A stretch of DNA of 58,441 bases from assembly GCA_964576835.1 (NCBI GenBank), contig CAZNXK010000005.1, positions 1 through 58,441 of the forward strand, in the 5' to 3' direction. Origin of the DNA: an uncultured Treponemataceae bacterium (GTDB taxonomy: Bacteria > Spirochaetota > Spirochaetia > Treponematales > UBA12059). Made by a program: the position numbers and the translations under genes. The notes beneath the pieces are model-generated. The model was given only the letters and a program-made list of their open reading frames with translations, did no database searches and was not told the DNA's origin. Positions 1 through 12,059 of this stretch are shown here, piece by piece (positions within the stretch are counted from its first letter, which is position 1; the number at the start of each line of letters is the position of its first letter).

Positions 1-2
1 CG

Positions 3-1049
3 CTTGCGCCGCCGCTGGCCCAGGCGCAGGCGGGGTTTGATGATATCTGGTACGCATCCGACCCTGCCGGTTTTGCGCTGGAGAAAATCCCTGGCCCCGA
101 CGGGCGCACGTGGACTCTCCTGGTATCACGCGACGGGCTGTCAGAGCGTTCGATCCTCTACAGGGACGGCGAAGAAAAAAAATCATGGACCAGGACCTTT
201 GCTCCGGGCGGCGCTCCGGAGCGGGAAGTCGCCGAGGAAAATGGAGGTATCCGCGGCGAGCTGGTCTACGACGCCGACGGCAGGCCGTCGACCGAGCGGC
301 GCTTCCTGGACGGTGGCATCGTGGAGGAAATCAGCTTCGGCTACGAGTCGGGCCGCCTGCGAAGGAAGACTACCGGCGCAGGCGGAAAAATCACCGGTAC
401 CATTGACTATCTGTACGCTCCGAACGGCAGGCTGGCTTCGGCCATCGAGTCGACGGGAGAGTTCTGGGGCAACAGCGCGGCGGCGACAGGTTTGTCCTAC
501 AGCTGGCGGTCGAACGGCGACCTCGTCGATCTCCGCGGATACGACGGTGACGGGAGGCTTGTATCCCTTTCGAGGTATGCGGCTGCCAGCCGCGTCATGG
601 ATGAACGCAGATTCTGGCTGGAGGGCGCGCTGGAGCGATCGGTCGTGACGGCTCTGGACGGTACGACGACCACGACAAGCTATGTGACCGGCGGCGCGGC
701 CAGCGGGGAACCCTGGTCGGTGATAGTCGAAAAAGACGGCCGTGTCGCATTCGCCGAGCGCAGGGACTTTGACGAGCGGGGCATGCTGTCGCGTCTGGAA
801 CAGGACGAGGGCGGCAGCCTCACGGTCATGGAGTACCAGCATGATGCGGAAGGCGCGCTTTCCCTGGAACGCCGGTTTGTCGAATCGTCGCTCGTCGCGG
901 TCGTGCGCTACGGAGAACCGGGATCCCGTATAGAGGAAGCCTGGGACAGGGGAGCGCTCTACGCGCGCGTTGTCTGGAAAGACGGACGCAAGGTACTGGA
1001 GGAAATCATCAAGGACGGCGTCGTGGTACGCTCGAGGTCGTTCGAGTGA
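3..1049 (+). CDS. YD/RHS-like repeat protein, 3' part (5' end outside window)
   Basis: Frame 3 is open from base 3. Recurrent YD-type units (VYDADGRP, YAPNGRLA, GYDGDGRLV, EKDGRV). TGA 1047-1049 overlaps the GTG of the next gene. Confidence 0.6.
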   Translation, partial: LAPPLAQAQAGFDDIWYASDPAGFALEKIPGPDGRTWTLLVSRDGLSERSILYRDGEEKKSWTRTFAPGGAPEREVAEENGGIRGELVYDADGRPSTERRFLDGGIVEEISFGYESGRLRRKTTGAGGKITGTIDYLYAPNGRLASAIESTGEFWGNSAAATGLSYSWRSNGDLVDLRGYDGDGRLVSLSRYAAASRVMDERRFWLEGALERSVVTALDGTTTTTSYVTGGAASGEPWSVIVEKDGRVAFAERRDFDERGMLSRLEQDEGGSLTVMEYQHDAEGALSLERRFVESSLVAVVRYGEPGSRIEEAWDRGALYARVVWKDGRKVLEEIIKDGVVVRSRSFE

Positions 1050-2290
1050 GGCGCGGCGGCTGGATACGCTTCGTCGCTTCGCGGTGGTACGGCTCGGGAA
1101 GCACGAGCGGGCCGTCTCTCGCGCCGGCGACCGCGGGGATAGCCGTGGGAGTCGCGGCACTGCTTTGCGTCATCGGCGTAATGAATGGCTTCCAGATGGG
1201 TTTCATCGACGCCGTGCTCGACCTCGACAGTTACCATGTCCGGGTCCGGGCGGACAGCGCCGACGGAGGCGCGGGCGCCGTGCTGACTGCCGTACACCGT
1301 GCCAAAGCCGTGGTGCCCTTCGTCGACCTACGAACGATGGCGAGCAACGAGCGGGGCAAGGCGGCTCCGCTGCGCATCAAGGTGGTGCCTGACGACATCG
1401 AGGACCTCGACCCCGCCTTCGCCGCGAGGCTCGAGTTCAGGTCGGGCTCGTTCTCAGGCGGGCTGGTCGTCGGATCCGAACTGGCACGGTATCTGGATCT
1501 TCGGATAGGCGATACCGTCTCGGTGCTTGCGGTATCGGCCGGTGACGAGGAGGGCCTTGACGTCGGCCTTGTGGACCTGGCGGTAGCCGGGATATACCAT
1601 TGCGGCTACTACGAATTCGACGCGGCGCTTGCCTTCCTGCCGGAATCATCGTCCGGCGGACTCGGCGCCGGAGAATCTGCCATCCTCGGGGTGAGGTTGT
1701 CAGACCGTTATGGCGACGCTCGCGCGGTAGCCGAGCTTTCAGCCGCCGGTATAAGCGGAGCGGAAAGCTGGCGCGACTACAACCGTGCGTTCTTCGGGGC
1801 GCTCAGGATGGAAAAGTCGGTGATGCTGCTGCTGGTCGGGCTCATCTTCATCGTCGTAGGCGTCAACATATTCCACTCCATGCGCAAGGCGGTCTACAAC
1901 CGCGTCGAGGACATAGCGACGATGAAGGCTCTCGGCGCCGATTCCCGTTCGGTGCAGGCGGTATTCCTCCTGGACGGCATCGCGACCGGGCTGGGTGGCG
2001 CGTTTTCCGGCCTCGCGCTCGGACTCCTTTTGGCGACCAACGTCAACGGCGTGTTTTCCCTCCTGGAAACGATCGTCGGCGCCTTGTATGGCTTGTTTGG
2101 AGGCTCAGGCGCTGGATTCGAATTCTTCTCGCCCGACCTGTTCTACATAGGCGACGTTCCCGTCCGCCTGTCGTTCGCGGAGACGCTGTTCATCACTTTG
2201 GCCGGCGCCGCCTCCGCGCTTGCCGCTGCCTGGGCGGCAAGTTCCCGCGTTTCGAGGATCATGCCTTCGGAGGTTCTTCGCGATGAATGA
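1046..2290 (+). CDS. ABC transporter permease, LolC/E (FtsX/MacB-type) family
   Basis: N-terminal TM (GIAVGVAALLCVIGVMNGFQ), large extracytoplasmic domain, C-terminal FtsX-like TM bundle. GTGA overlap with the upstream gene. Adjacent to a LolD-like ATPase. Confidence 0.85.
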   Translation: MRRGGWIRFVASRWYGSGSTSGPSLAPATAGIAVGVAALLCVIGVMNGFQMGFIDAVLDLDSYHVRVRADSADGGAGAVLTAVHRAKAVVPFVDLRTMASNERGKAAPLRIKVVPDDIEDLDPAFAARLEFRSGSFSGGLVVGSELARYLDLRIGDTVSVLAVSAGDEEGLDVGLVDLAVAGIYHCGYYEFDAALAFLPESSSGGLGAGESAILGVRLSDRYGDARAVAELSAAGISGAESWRDYNRAFFGALRMEKSVMLLLVGLIFIVVGVNIFHSMRKAVYNRVEDIATMKALGADSRSVQAVFLLDGIATGLGGAFSGLALGLLLATNVNGVFSLLETIVGALYGLFGGSGAGFEFFSPDLFYIGDVPVRLSFAETLFITLAGAASALAAAWAASSRVSRIMPSEVLRDE

Positions 2291-2963
2291 CGACGTGATC
2301 GTGTGCAGTGCCGTCCGCAAGATATTCAGGAGCGAGGCCGAGATTCTGGAAATTCTCGGAGGCGTCGACTTCACCCTGCCTCGCGGCGCCTGCGCATCCA
2401 TAACCGGTCCCAGCGGCTGTGGCAAGAGCACGCTCCTGTCCATCCTCGGAGGGCTGGACAGGCCGAGTTCGGGCGAGGTCGTCGTGGGCGGCATCGATCT
2501 GGTCAGATCAGGCGAGGACGCGCTTTCGGCGTTCCGCTCCCGTATCGCAGGGTTCGTGTTCCAGTTCCATTACCTGCTCAAGGACTTCACCGCGCTGGAG
2601 AACGTGATGCTGCCGGCTTTCATGCTCTCAGGCGACAGGAAGGCTGCCGAGGACAAGGCGCGGCCGCTTCTCGAGGCGGTGGGGCTTTCAGGCAGGCTGT
2701 CGCACGTGCCGTCAAAACTCTCAGGAGGCGAGCGCCAGCGCGTGGCCATAGCCCGCGCCCTCGTCAACGACCCGGAGATAGTCCTGGCCGATGAACCGAC
2801 GGGCAACCTCGACCGCGCCAGCGCCAGGTCGGTGGAAGACCTGTTGTTCGACATCGCCGCGTCCCGCGGGACGACATTGCTTGTAGTCACCCATGATCCC
2901 GGCCTGGCCGCGCGGGCATCGAAGCGGTTCCTGTTGCGCGAAGGGACGCTCGTCGAATCATGA
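2283..2963 (+). CDS. lolD: ABC transporter ATP-binding protein, LolD-like
   Basis: Walker A GPSGCGKST, signature LSGGERQR, Walker B LADEPT. ATG 2283 chosen (MNDDVIVC); the longer track ORF overlaps the upstream gene. Confidence 0.9.
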   Translation: MNDDVIVCSAVRKIFRSEAEILEILGGVDFTLPRGACASITGPSGCGKSTLLSILGGLDRPSSGEVVVGGIDLVRSGEDALSAFRSRIAGFVFQFHYLLKDFTALENVMLPAFMLSGDRKAAEDKARPLLEAVGLSGRLSHVPSKLSGGERQRVAIARALVNDPEIVLADEPTGNLDRASARSVEDLLFDIAASRGTTLLVVTHDPGLAARASKRFLLREGTLVES

Positions 2964-4261
2964 AGGGAGCGCCCATAGCGTTCGTTGCCGCCCGCTTTTT
3001 CGTCGGACGGCGCGATGCCTCCGGCAAGCGCGACCAGGCGCGGAAAGCGCTCGCCGGCGCAGTCCTCAGCGTCGCGCTCAGCCTGGTGCCGCTGATCACG
3101 GTGATGCAGGTCGCCGACGGGATGATACAGGGCATCAGCGCGCGCTACGTCGAGCTGGGTACCTACCACGCTCAGGCGATCGCCTATGCCTCGGCTGACC
3201 TCGATGGCGCGCGCGACGCCGCCAGAGCATCTCCGGGAGTCTCGGGAGCGTGGCTGGAGACGCAATCGGTCGGCGTTGTTTTCGCCAACGGCTCGAGCGA
3301 GGGCGCAGCGATCCGCGGCGTCGAGCCGGGATTCATCACCGATGGCTCGACTCTCGCGTACCTCCGCGTCGAATCCGGTGTCGCCGCGCTTGAACGTCCA
3401 TTCGACGCTCTCGTGGGTTCGGCGATGGCGGCAAAGCTGGGACTCGCTCCCGGCGACCCGGTCAACCTCATCACCGTGCGCCGGGGCCAGGACGGGGCCA
3501 TGGCGCCGCGCGTGACGATGCTGACTGTCCGCGCCGTGGTATCCGCCGGCTACCGCGACCTCGATGCCCAGTGGCTCTTCATGAGGCAGGACACGGCCGC
3601 CCGCGTCCTCCCCAGGGAAAACACGAGGAGCTTCGTCGGCATCAAGGCCGCCGACCCGTTCGGTCACCCGGGCGCCGCGAGAGACGCGGTAACCGGCCGC
3701 CTTCCCGCCGGGTTCACGGTGTACCCGTGGCGTGATGTCGAGCGCAACCTGTTCGAGTCGCTCGCAAGCACACGGACGATGCTGCTCCTGATCATGGCGC
3801 TTACCGTCGCCGTGGCGGCTGTCAACGTATCGAGCGCGCTTACCACGCTGGTGCTCGAACGGGGACAGGAGATAGCCGTGCTCAAGAGCCTCGGGGCCGA
3901 TTCTGCCGACCTGGCCAGGATATTTTCGCTTGGAGGCGCGGCGATAGGAGGAATGGGAGCGGTGATAGGCTCGGCCGGGGGGCTTCTAACGAGCCTCAGG
4001 ATAAACGATATCCTTGCCTCGATCGAGAGGATGGCCAACGGCATGCGGTCGATCGTCGCAACGGTGAACGGGGGTCCTGCGCCCGTGGCGTGGAAAGTGC
4101 TCGACCCGGCTTATTACCTGCAATCGATACCGGTAAACGTGCCGTTCGGCGAAATCGCCGCCGTCGTCGGAGCTACCGTAGCCCTCTCGTTTCTGGCCGC
4201 GCTCGGACCTGCCAGGCGCGCGGCCGCGCTGACTCCGCTCGAAGCCTTCAGGAAACGCTGA
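2960..4261 (+). CDS. second LolC/E-family ABC transporter permease
   Basis: Same architecture as 1046-2290. ATGA overlap with the lolD stop. Confidence 0.85.
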   Translation: MKGAPIAFVAARFFVGRRDASGKRDQARKALAGAVLSVALSLVPLITVMQVADGMIQGISARYVELGTYHAQAIAYASADLDGARDAARASPGVSGAWLETQSVGVVFANGSSEGAAIRGVEPGFITDGSTLAYLRVESGVAALERPFDALVGSAMAAKLGLAPGDPVNLITVRRGQDGAMAPRVTMLTVRAVVSAGYRDLDAQWLFMRQDTAARVLPRENTRSFVGIKAADPFGHPGAARDAVTGRLPAGFTVYPWRDVERNLFESLASTRTMLLLIMALTVAVAAVNVSSALTTLVLERGQEIAVLKSLGADSADLARIFSLGGAAIGGMGAVIGSAGGLLTSLRINDILASIERMANGMRSIVATVNGGPAPVAWKVLDPAYYLQSIPVNVPFGEIAAVVGATVALSFLAALGPARRAAALTPLEAFRKR

Positions 4262-4414
4262 CCAGGGAAAATCATCCACGGCGCGCCTCCAGGCGGCCCG
4301 GGGCGATGACAATTCATCGCCGCCGGGGTATAGTGGCTTTGCCCTATATCTCGAGGACAGGCTTGAACGCGTCCATGCTCGGTGCCGCGTAGTGTTCCAC
4401 AGGAGGATTTTCCC

Positions 4415-5608
4415 ATGGCCAAGACAGAAACCAATTATGCTACCCAGACCTCCGACGACAAGCTCAAGGCGCTCGAGGCAGCCAGGCTGCAGATAGAAAA
4501 GCAGTACGGACTCGGGTCGATCATGCAGCTGGGCAAGTACGACAATGCGCTGGGCATCGAGTCGATTCCCTCGGGTTCCATACTCCTCGACGAGGCGCTC
4601 GGCGTCGGCGGTTATCCGCGCGGACGAATCATCGAAATATACGGCCCCGAGTCATCGGGAAAGACGACGCTCGCGCTGCATGCCATAGCCGAAGCCCAGA
4701 AGAAAGGCGGCATCGCGGCTTTCATAGACGCCGAGCACGCGCTCGACCCGGTCTATGCCAAGAACCTCGGCGTCAACACCGACGAACTGTGGGTCTCCCA
4801 GCCGGACAACGGCGAACAGGCCCTCGAGATATGCGAATCGCTCGTCCGCTCGGGCGCCGTCGACATCATAGTCATCGATTCGGTAGCCGCGCTGACTCCG
4901 CAGGCCGAGATAGAAGGCGACATGGGCGATGCCCACGTGGGACTCCAGGCACGCCTCATGAGCCAGGCCCTCCGCAAGCTGACCGGAACCCTGAGCAAGT
5001 CCAAGACTATCCTCGTGTTCATCAACCAGATACGCATGAAAATCGGCGTGATGTTCGGCAATCCCGAGACGACGACCGGCGGCAACGCGCTCAAGTTCTA
5101 CGCTTCGATCCGCATCGAAGTCCGAAGGATCGAGACGATAGAGAAGGGCGACGAGGAAGCCATAGGCAACAAGGTGCGCGTCAAGGTCGTCAAGAACAAG
5201 GTTGCCCCGCCGTTCCGCCGCGTGGAACTCGAGATCATGTTCGGCAAGGGCATATCGGCGTCGGGAAGCCTCGTCGACGCGGCGGTCAAGTGCAACATCG
5301 TCGACAAGAAAGGCGCCTGGTATACCTATGGCGAAGAGAAGCTCGGACAGGGTCGCGAAAACGTCAAACAGACGATAGAACAGAATCCTGAATTGTCGGC
5401 CGAGATAGAGGCCAAGGTTCGCGCCATTTTCTTTCCGGCAAAGGTATCATCCGCAAAGCCCGCTGACGACGGAAAGGCCGCAGGCGCCAGGATCGTTGCA
5501 GCGGAAAAGCCCGCCCCGGCGCAGAAGCCGTCAGTTCCGCCTCGTGCCCCGGCGGCCCAGACGCAGGCCAAGACGGTTGCCGCCGACGAAGACGGCGGAC
5601 TCTTCTGA
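4415..5608 (+). CDS. recA: recombinase RecA with ~57-aa low-complexity C-terminal tail
   Basis: [12 protein letters not shown] Walker A and typical RecA core ([30 protein letters not shown]). AGGAGG at 4401-4406, 8 nt before ATG 4415. Confidence 0.95.
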   Translation: MAKTETNYATQTSDDKLKALEAARLQIEKQYGLGSIMQLGKYDNALGIESIPSGSILLDEALGVGGYPRGRIIEIYGPESSGKTTLALHAIAEAQKKGGIAAFIDAEHALDPVYAKNLGVNTDELWVSQPDNGEQALEICESLVRSGAVDIIVIDSVAALTPQAEIEGDMGDAHVGLQARLMSQALRKLTGTLSKSKTILVFINQIRMKIGVMFGNPETTTGGNALKFYASIRIEVRRIETIEKGDEEAIGNKVRVKVVKNKVAPPFRRVELEIMFGKGISASGSLVDAAVKCNIVDKKGAWYTYGEEKLGQGRENVKQTIEQNPELSAEIEAKVRAIFFPAKVSSAKPADDGKAAGARIVAAEKPAPAQKPSVPPRAPAAQTQAKTVAADEDGGLF

Positions 5609-6099
5609 ACCGTGTCTACCTGGGCCTCGGCTCCAACAAGGGCGACAGCGATGCGATTCTGGCTGCCGCGCTGACCGAACTCGGGGATTTCATCGTCGGA
5701 CTCCGCTCGTCTTCGATTTACCGGAGCGCGCCGCGCTACGTCGAGGACCAGCCTGATTTCTACAACCTCGTTGTTTCGGGCGAGACCATGCTTGGTCCCG
5801 GAGCCTTGCTCGAAGCGACGAAGGCCATCGAGGCACGCCACGGAAGGAACCGCCGCCTGGAACTCGGCAAAGGCCCCCGGACACTCGACATAGACATCCT
5901 CCTGTATGGGGGTCTGGTCATCGACAGTCCTGACCTCGTGGTGCCGCACCCCGGCATGCTCGAGCGCGCCTTTGTCCTCGTACCCCTTGCCGAACTTGAG
6001 CCCGGCTTGCGCCACCCGGCAACCGGGATTCTTTTCTCGTCATCGCTTCAGGCCGTGGGCGGGCAGGGGATTTACCTCCACGCCACGGCGCCGCTATAA
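5605..6099 (+). CDS. folK: 2-amino-4-hydroxy-6-hydroxymethyldihydropteridine pyrophosphokinase (HPPK); start codon non-canonical or uncertain
   Basis: HPPK-like [11 protein letters not shown]...[10 protein letters not shown]...[15 protein letters not shown] in frame 1. No ATG/GTG/TTG between the in-frame stop at 5464-5466 and ATG 5788. CTG 5605 overlaps the recA TGA. Confidence 0.7.
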   Translation: MNRVYLGLGSNKGDSDAILAAALTELGDFIVGLRSSSIYRSAPRYVEDQPDFYNLVVSGETMLGPGALLEATKAIEARHGRNRRLELGKGPRTLDIDILLYGGLVIDSPDLVVPHPGMLERAFVLVPLAELEPGLRHPATGILFSSSLQAVGGQGIYLHATAPL

Positions 6100-6116
6100 T
6101 CAGCGGCAACGAAACC

Positions 6117-6887
6117 ATGGAAGAATCCACCGACCTGGCCATCGACCCGGGCAAAAACACGCGCAGCTACTGTCTGAATGATTTCGAGGGCCCTCTCGAT
6201 CTCCTGCTCTTCCTCATCAAGAAAAACGAAGTGAGCATCTACGATATTCCCATCGCCTCGATCACCGAGCAGTTCCTCGCGTCGATTGCCGGCGCCGAGG
6301 TGGTGGACCTCGACGACATGACTGAATTCTACGCCCTTGCGGCCACTCTCCTGTACATCAAGAGCCGCATGCTCCTGCCCGTAGAGCTTGACCTGTCGGA
6401 AGAGCTGGACGACCCGAGGCAGGATCTTGTCGACAAGCTGATCGAATACCAGAAATACAAAAAGCTGTCAGAGCTGATGGAGCGCAAGGAACTCGAGGTA
6501 GAATGGACAATAGAGCGGACCAAGATGCAGCGTCCGTTGCCATTCGGAGACGAGGAGCTTTGGGACAGGATTGACGTCTGGGACTTGCTCAAGTCATTTT
6601 CGGGCCTGATGGGCGGCATGTCGAGCGAACGTATCATCGACATGTATGAAGAAGTATCCATCAACGAGAAAATGGCGCTGATCCACGAGTTCCTTGACTC
6701 GAGGCAATCTTTCGTTTTCGTCGACCTTATCACGAGGCCTGGCTCGACGCTCGACATAGTCTGCGCCTTCCTCGCCATCCTCGAGGCGGTCAAGTACCGC
6801 GTCATTTCGATACACCAGCATCGCCTGTTCGGCGACATACAGATACGACGATTCGAGGAGCGGAAAGCCGATGGACCTGAATCTTGA
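6117..6887 (+). CDS. scpA: segregation and condensation protein A
   Basis: DFEGPLDLLLFLIKKNEVSIYDIPIASITEQF motif. Followed by scpB. Confidence 0.92.
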   Translation: MEESTDLAIDPGKNTRSYCLNDFEGPLDLLLFLIKKNEVSIYDIPIASITEQFLASIAGAEVVDLDDMTEFYALAATLLYIKSRMLLPVELDLSEELDDPRQDLVDKLIEYQKYKKLSELMERKELEVEWTIERTKMQRPLPFGDEELWDRIDVWDLLKSFSGLMGGMSSERIIDMYEEVSINEKMALIHEFLDSRQSFVFVDLITRPGSTLDIVCAFLAILEAVKYRVISIHQHRLFGDIQIRRFEERKADGPES

Positions 6888-7422
6888 CCGCGAGGCGGCA
6901 CTCATCGAGACCATCCTCTTCCTCGAGTCAGAGCCGCTGGACGCCGCTTCCCTCTCGCGTATCAGCGGCCTGGGCAGGGAGCTGGTCGAAGCCGCCATCG
7001 ATCACCTGCGCGAGCAACTGGCCGCGCCGGCACACGGACTCGAGCTGTCGGATACCGGCGGCGGCTGGATGCTTGTTCCCAAGAAGGAACTATGGGAGAG
7101 CCTCAAGGACCGCTACGGCCGCAAGAACGAACAGAAGCTGTCACGCGCCGCGCTCGAAACGCTGTCCATCATCGCCTACTCCCAGCCGGTGACCCGCGCC
7201 GAGGTAGAATCGATACGCGGCGTCGCGGCGGACAACATGATACGTTTCCTGCTCGAGCGGAACCTGGTAAAGGAAGTGGGCAAGAAGGACGCTCCGGGAA
7301 AACCTGTCCAGTACGGCACCACCAAGGAGTTCCTCAAATTTTTCAGGCTGGGCAGCATCGCGGAGCTTCCCAGGCTAGGTGAACTCGAGCGCGACCGCTT
7401 CGAGCTCGAGGACAAGCAGTGA
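6871..7422 (+). CDS. scpB: segregation and condensation protein B
   Basis: ALIETILFLESEPL and LSRAALETLSIIAYSQPVTRAEVESIRGV motifs. 17-nt overlap with scpA. Confidence 0.92.
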   Translation: MDLNLDREAALIETILFLESEPLDAASLSRISGLGRELVEAAIDHLREQLAAPAHGLELSDTGGGWMLVPKKELWESLKDRYGRKNEQKLSRAALETLSIIAYSQPVTRAEVESIRGVAADNMIRFLLERNLVKEVGKKDAPGKPVQYGTTKEFLKFFRLGSIAELPRLGELERDRFELEDKQ

Positions 7423-8171
7423 CGCCTGAACTCCGCGGAGAAAAGCGCGGGACGAGGCTTCAGGCGGTTATAGCGCGATCGGGCCTGGCTTCGAGGAGGG
7501 CGGCCGAGGACATGATTGCGGCGGGACGCGTCAGCCTTAACGGCCTCGTGGTCACCGAACTCGGCGTGCGGGCCATGCCGGACGACATCGTAGCTGTCGA
7601 CGGCAAACCGATACTGGCCGAGACCCACCTGCATTACCTGGCGCTCAACAAGCCGCCTGGCTTCCTCTGCGCCATGAGCGACGAATACGGACGACCGCTC
7701 GCCGCGTCGCTGTTCAAGCCCGAGATCGCCGAACGCGTCTATAATGTAGGGCGGCTGGACCTCGATTCATGCGGGCTCATATTGTTCACCAACGACGGCA
7801 GCTTCGCCGCCAAAGCGGGGCACCCCTCGTCCGGTCTTGCCAAGGACTACGATATCGTCGCCGACCAGCGCATCCCGAACGACTTCGGGCCACGATTCCA
7901 GAGGGGCCTCGAGGATGAAGGCGAGGTTCTGCGCGCCCGCAGCGTGACCATTACAGGAGAGCGAACCTGTACCGTCAGGCTCGTCGAAGGCAAGAATCGG
8001 GAAATACGGCGGGCTCTCGCGCTTTTCGGTCTCAAGGCACTGGTACTCAGGCGTGTCACCATAGGGCCCGTCAGCCTCGGCCAGCTCGTCGAGGGCCGCT
8101 GGCGTCCTCTCTCCGCCGATGAGCTCGACGAGCTGGAATCTTCATTCGGCAGTTCGCGAAGGACCAAATAG
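7419..8171 (+). CDS. rluB: pseudouridine synthase, RsuA/RluB family with N-terminal S4 domain
   Basis: S4-like RLQAVIARSGLASRRAAEDMIAAGRVSLNG. Catalytic GRLDLDSCGLILFTNDG. GTGA overlap with scpB. Confidence 0.88.
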   Translation: MTPELRGEKRGTRLQAVIARSGLASRRAAEDMIAAGRVSLNGLVVTELGVRAMPDDIVAVDGKPILAETHLHYLALNKPPGFLCAMSDEYGRPLAASLFKPEIAERVYNVGRLDLDSCGLILFTNDGSFAAKAGHPSSGLAKDYDIVADQRIPNDFGPRFQRGLEDEGEVLRARSVTITGERTCTVRLVEGKNREIRRALALFGLKALVLRRVTIGPVSLGQLVEGRWRPLSADELDELESSFGSSRRTK

Positions 8172-10540
<2,369 letters not shown>

Positions 10541-10541
<1 letters not shown>

Positions 10542-12052
10542 TGATCGAACGTATTGATCCCGAGAAGTTCGAAACGCTGATCGAGATCAATACTCTCATC
10601 AATTCAAATTACGGCAACGCCACGTCGCTCTTGACCCAGATACTTGAGTCGGCGACGCGGCTGACCGCCGGTGAGGCTTCCTCTCTTCTCTTGCGGAACG
10701 AGGATGACGGCAAGCTTTATTTTGAAATTGCCTTGGGACCAAAAGGGCGGGACATAAAGAAGTTCAGCCTCAATCCCGGCGAAGGTATAGCCGGGTGGGT
10801 TGCCGAACATGGCCAGTCGCTGATAGTCAACGATGTGGAAACCGATTCGCGGTTCTACAGCGATATTTCCAAGTCAATCGATTTTCCCACCTACAGCATT
10901 CTTGCTGTCCCCATGATAGTCCGCGACAAGTGTGTCGGCCTTTTCGAGATCATCAATAAAAAGGACAAGAAGTACTTCACACAGTCCGACCTCCAGTGGC
11001 TGGAGATATTCGCGGTCCAGGCGGCGATAGCCATCGAGAACGCTAAATACCTCGAGAAAGCCCGTGAGGAGATCGGCTACCTCCGCGACCAGATATCGAC
11101 CGACAAGGGATACCACGTACTCATAGCCAAGAGCCCCGATATCGTCGAGAAGCTGGAGCTTATCGACAGAGTCGCCAAGACTGATTCGTCTGTCCTCATC
11201 CTTGGTGAATCGGGCGTGGGCAAGGAGCTCATCGCCGAGCAGGTGCACCTGAGGTCGAACAGGAAAGCCGGACCGTTCATACGCGTCAATTGCGCAGCCC
11301 TTCCCGAGGGATTGCTCGAGAGCGAGCTCTTCGGTCACGTCAAGGGCGCCTTCACCGACGCCGTGCAGAACAGGCGGGGCCGCTTCGAGCTTGCTGATGG
11401 AGGAACGATATTCCTCGATGAAATCGGCGATCTGCCGCTCAAGCTGCAGGCCAAGCTCCTGCGGGTCTTGCAGCAGAAAACCTTCGAGCGGGTTGGGTCG
11501 AGCGAGACCATTTCTGTCGATGTCCGCATCGTCGCCGCCACGAACCGCGACATCGATGCGCAGGTCAAGAAAGGCGAATTCCGCAGCGACCTGTATTATC
11601 GCCTCAACGTACTGCCCGTATACGTCACACCATTGCGCCAGCGCAAGGAAGACATCCCGGCCCTGGCCGATTTCTTCCTCAAGAAGTTCTCCAGGGAAAC
11701 CAAGAAGCAGTTCACCGGTTTCACCGACCAGGCGATGGACCACATGCTTTCATACCCGTGGCCTGGCAATGTCAGGGAACTCGAGAATGCCGTCGAACGG
11801 GCTGTGGTGATAGCGAAGGACAAGACGATCGCCGCCAAGGATCTCCTCATCGGCGATATCGCCACGGGCCGCGACGAATACCGCGGCAAGAGCCTCAAGG
11901 ACGCGTTGACCATATTCAAGAAACACTTCATTGCCAGCGGGCTGGACGAACATCAATGGAACCAGACTGAAACGGCAAAGGTTCTTGATATTCAAAGAAC
12001 CTACCTTTCTCGTTTGATAAAGGAACTCGGAATAGCCAACCTGAAGGAGTAA
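10541..12052 (+). CDS. GAF-domain sigma54-type (AAA+) transcriptional activator with Fis-type HTH
   Basis: GAF N-domain. Walker A GESGVGKE, ESELFGH, GAFTDA loop (variant of GAFTGA), GTIFLDEIGD, C-terminal HTH (AKVLDIQRTYLSRLIKELG). ATG shares one base with the rpsA TAA. Confidence 0.88.
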
Positions 12053-12059
12053 TTACACC

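Noticed and set aside
171-182. A8 run inside the YD-repeat gene, considered as a phase-variation tract.
   Set aside because: It is short, encodes Lys-Lys in frame, and no comparable tracts or associated switch features are present.
183-1160. 325-aa minus-strand ORF, plus other long ORFs opposite or out of frame with recognised genes. Examples: 2570-3667(-), 9099-10127(-), 10874-11743(-), 17836-18930(+), 26678-27493(-), 31615-32445(+), 42321-43397(-), 51253-52065(+), 55224-56042(-).
   Set aside because: Each lies entirely inside a gene with strong family motifs on the other strand or frame. Their translations are Arg/Gly/Pro/Asp-rich low-complexity strings typical of shadow ORFs in GC-rich DNA. 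None has an SD or promoter context.
4262-4414. SOS (LexA) box, clear promoter or terminator upstream of recA. An imperfect hairpin lies at ~4296-4329.
   Set aside because: No palindromic LexA-type operator is recognisable. The -35/-10 candidates have wrong spacing (21 nt). The hairpin has a bulge and no T-tract.
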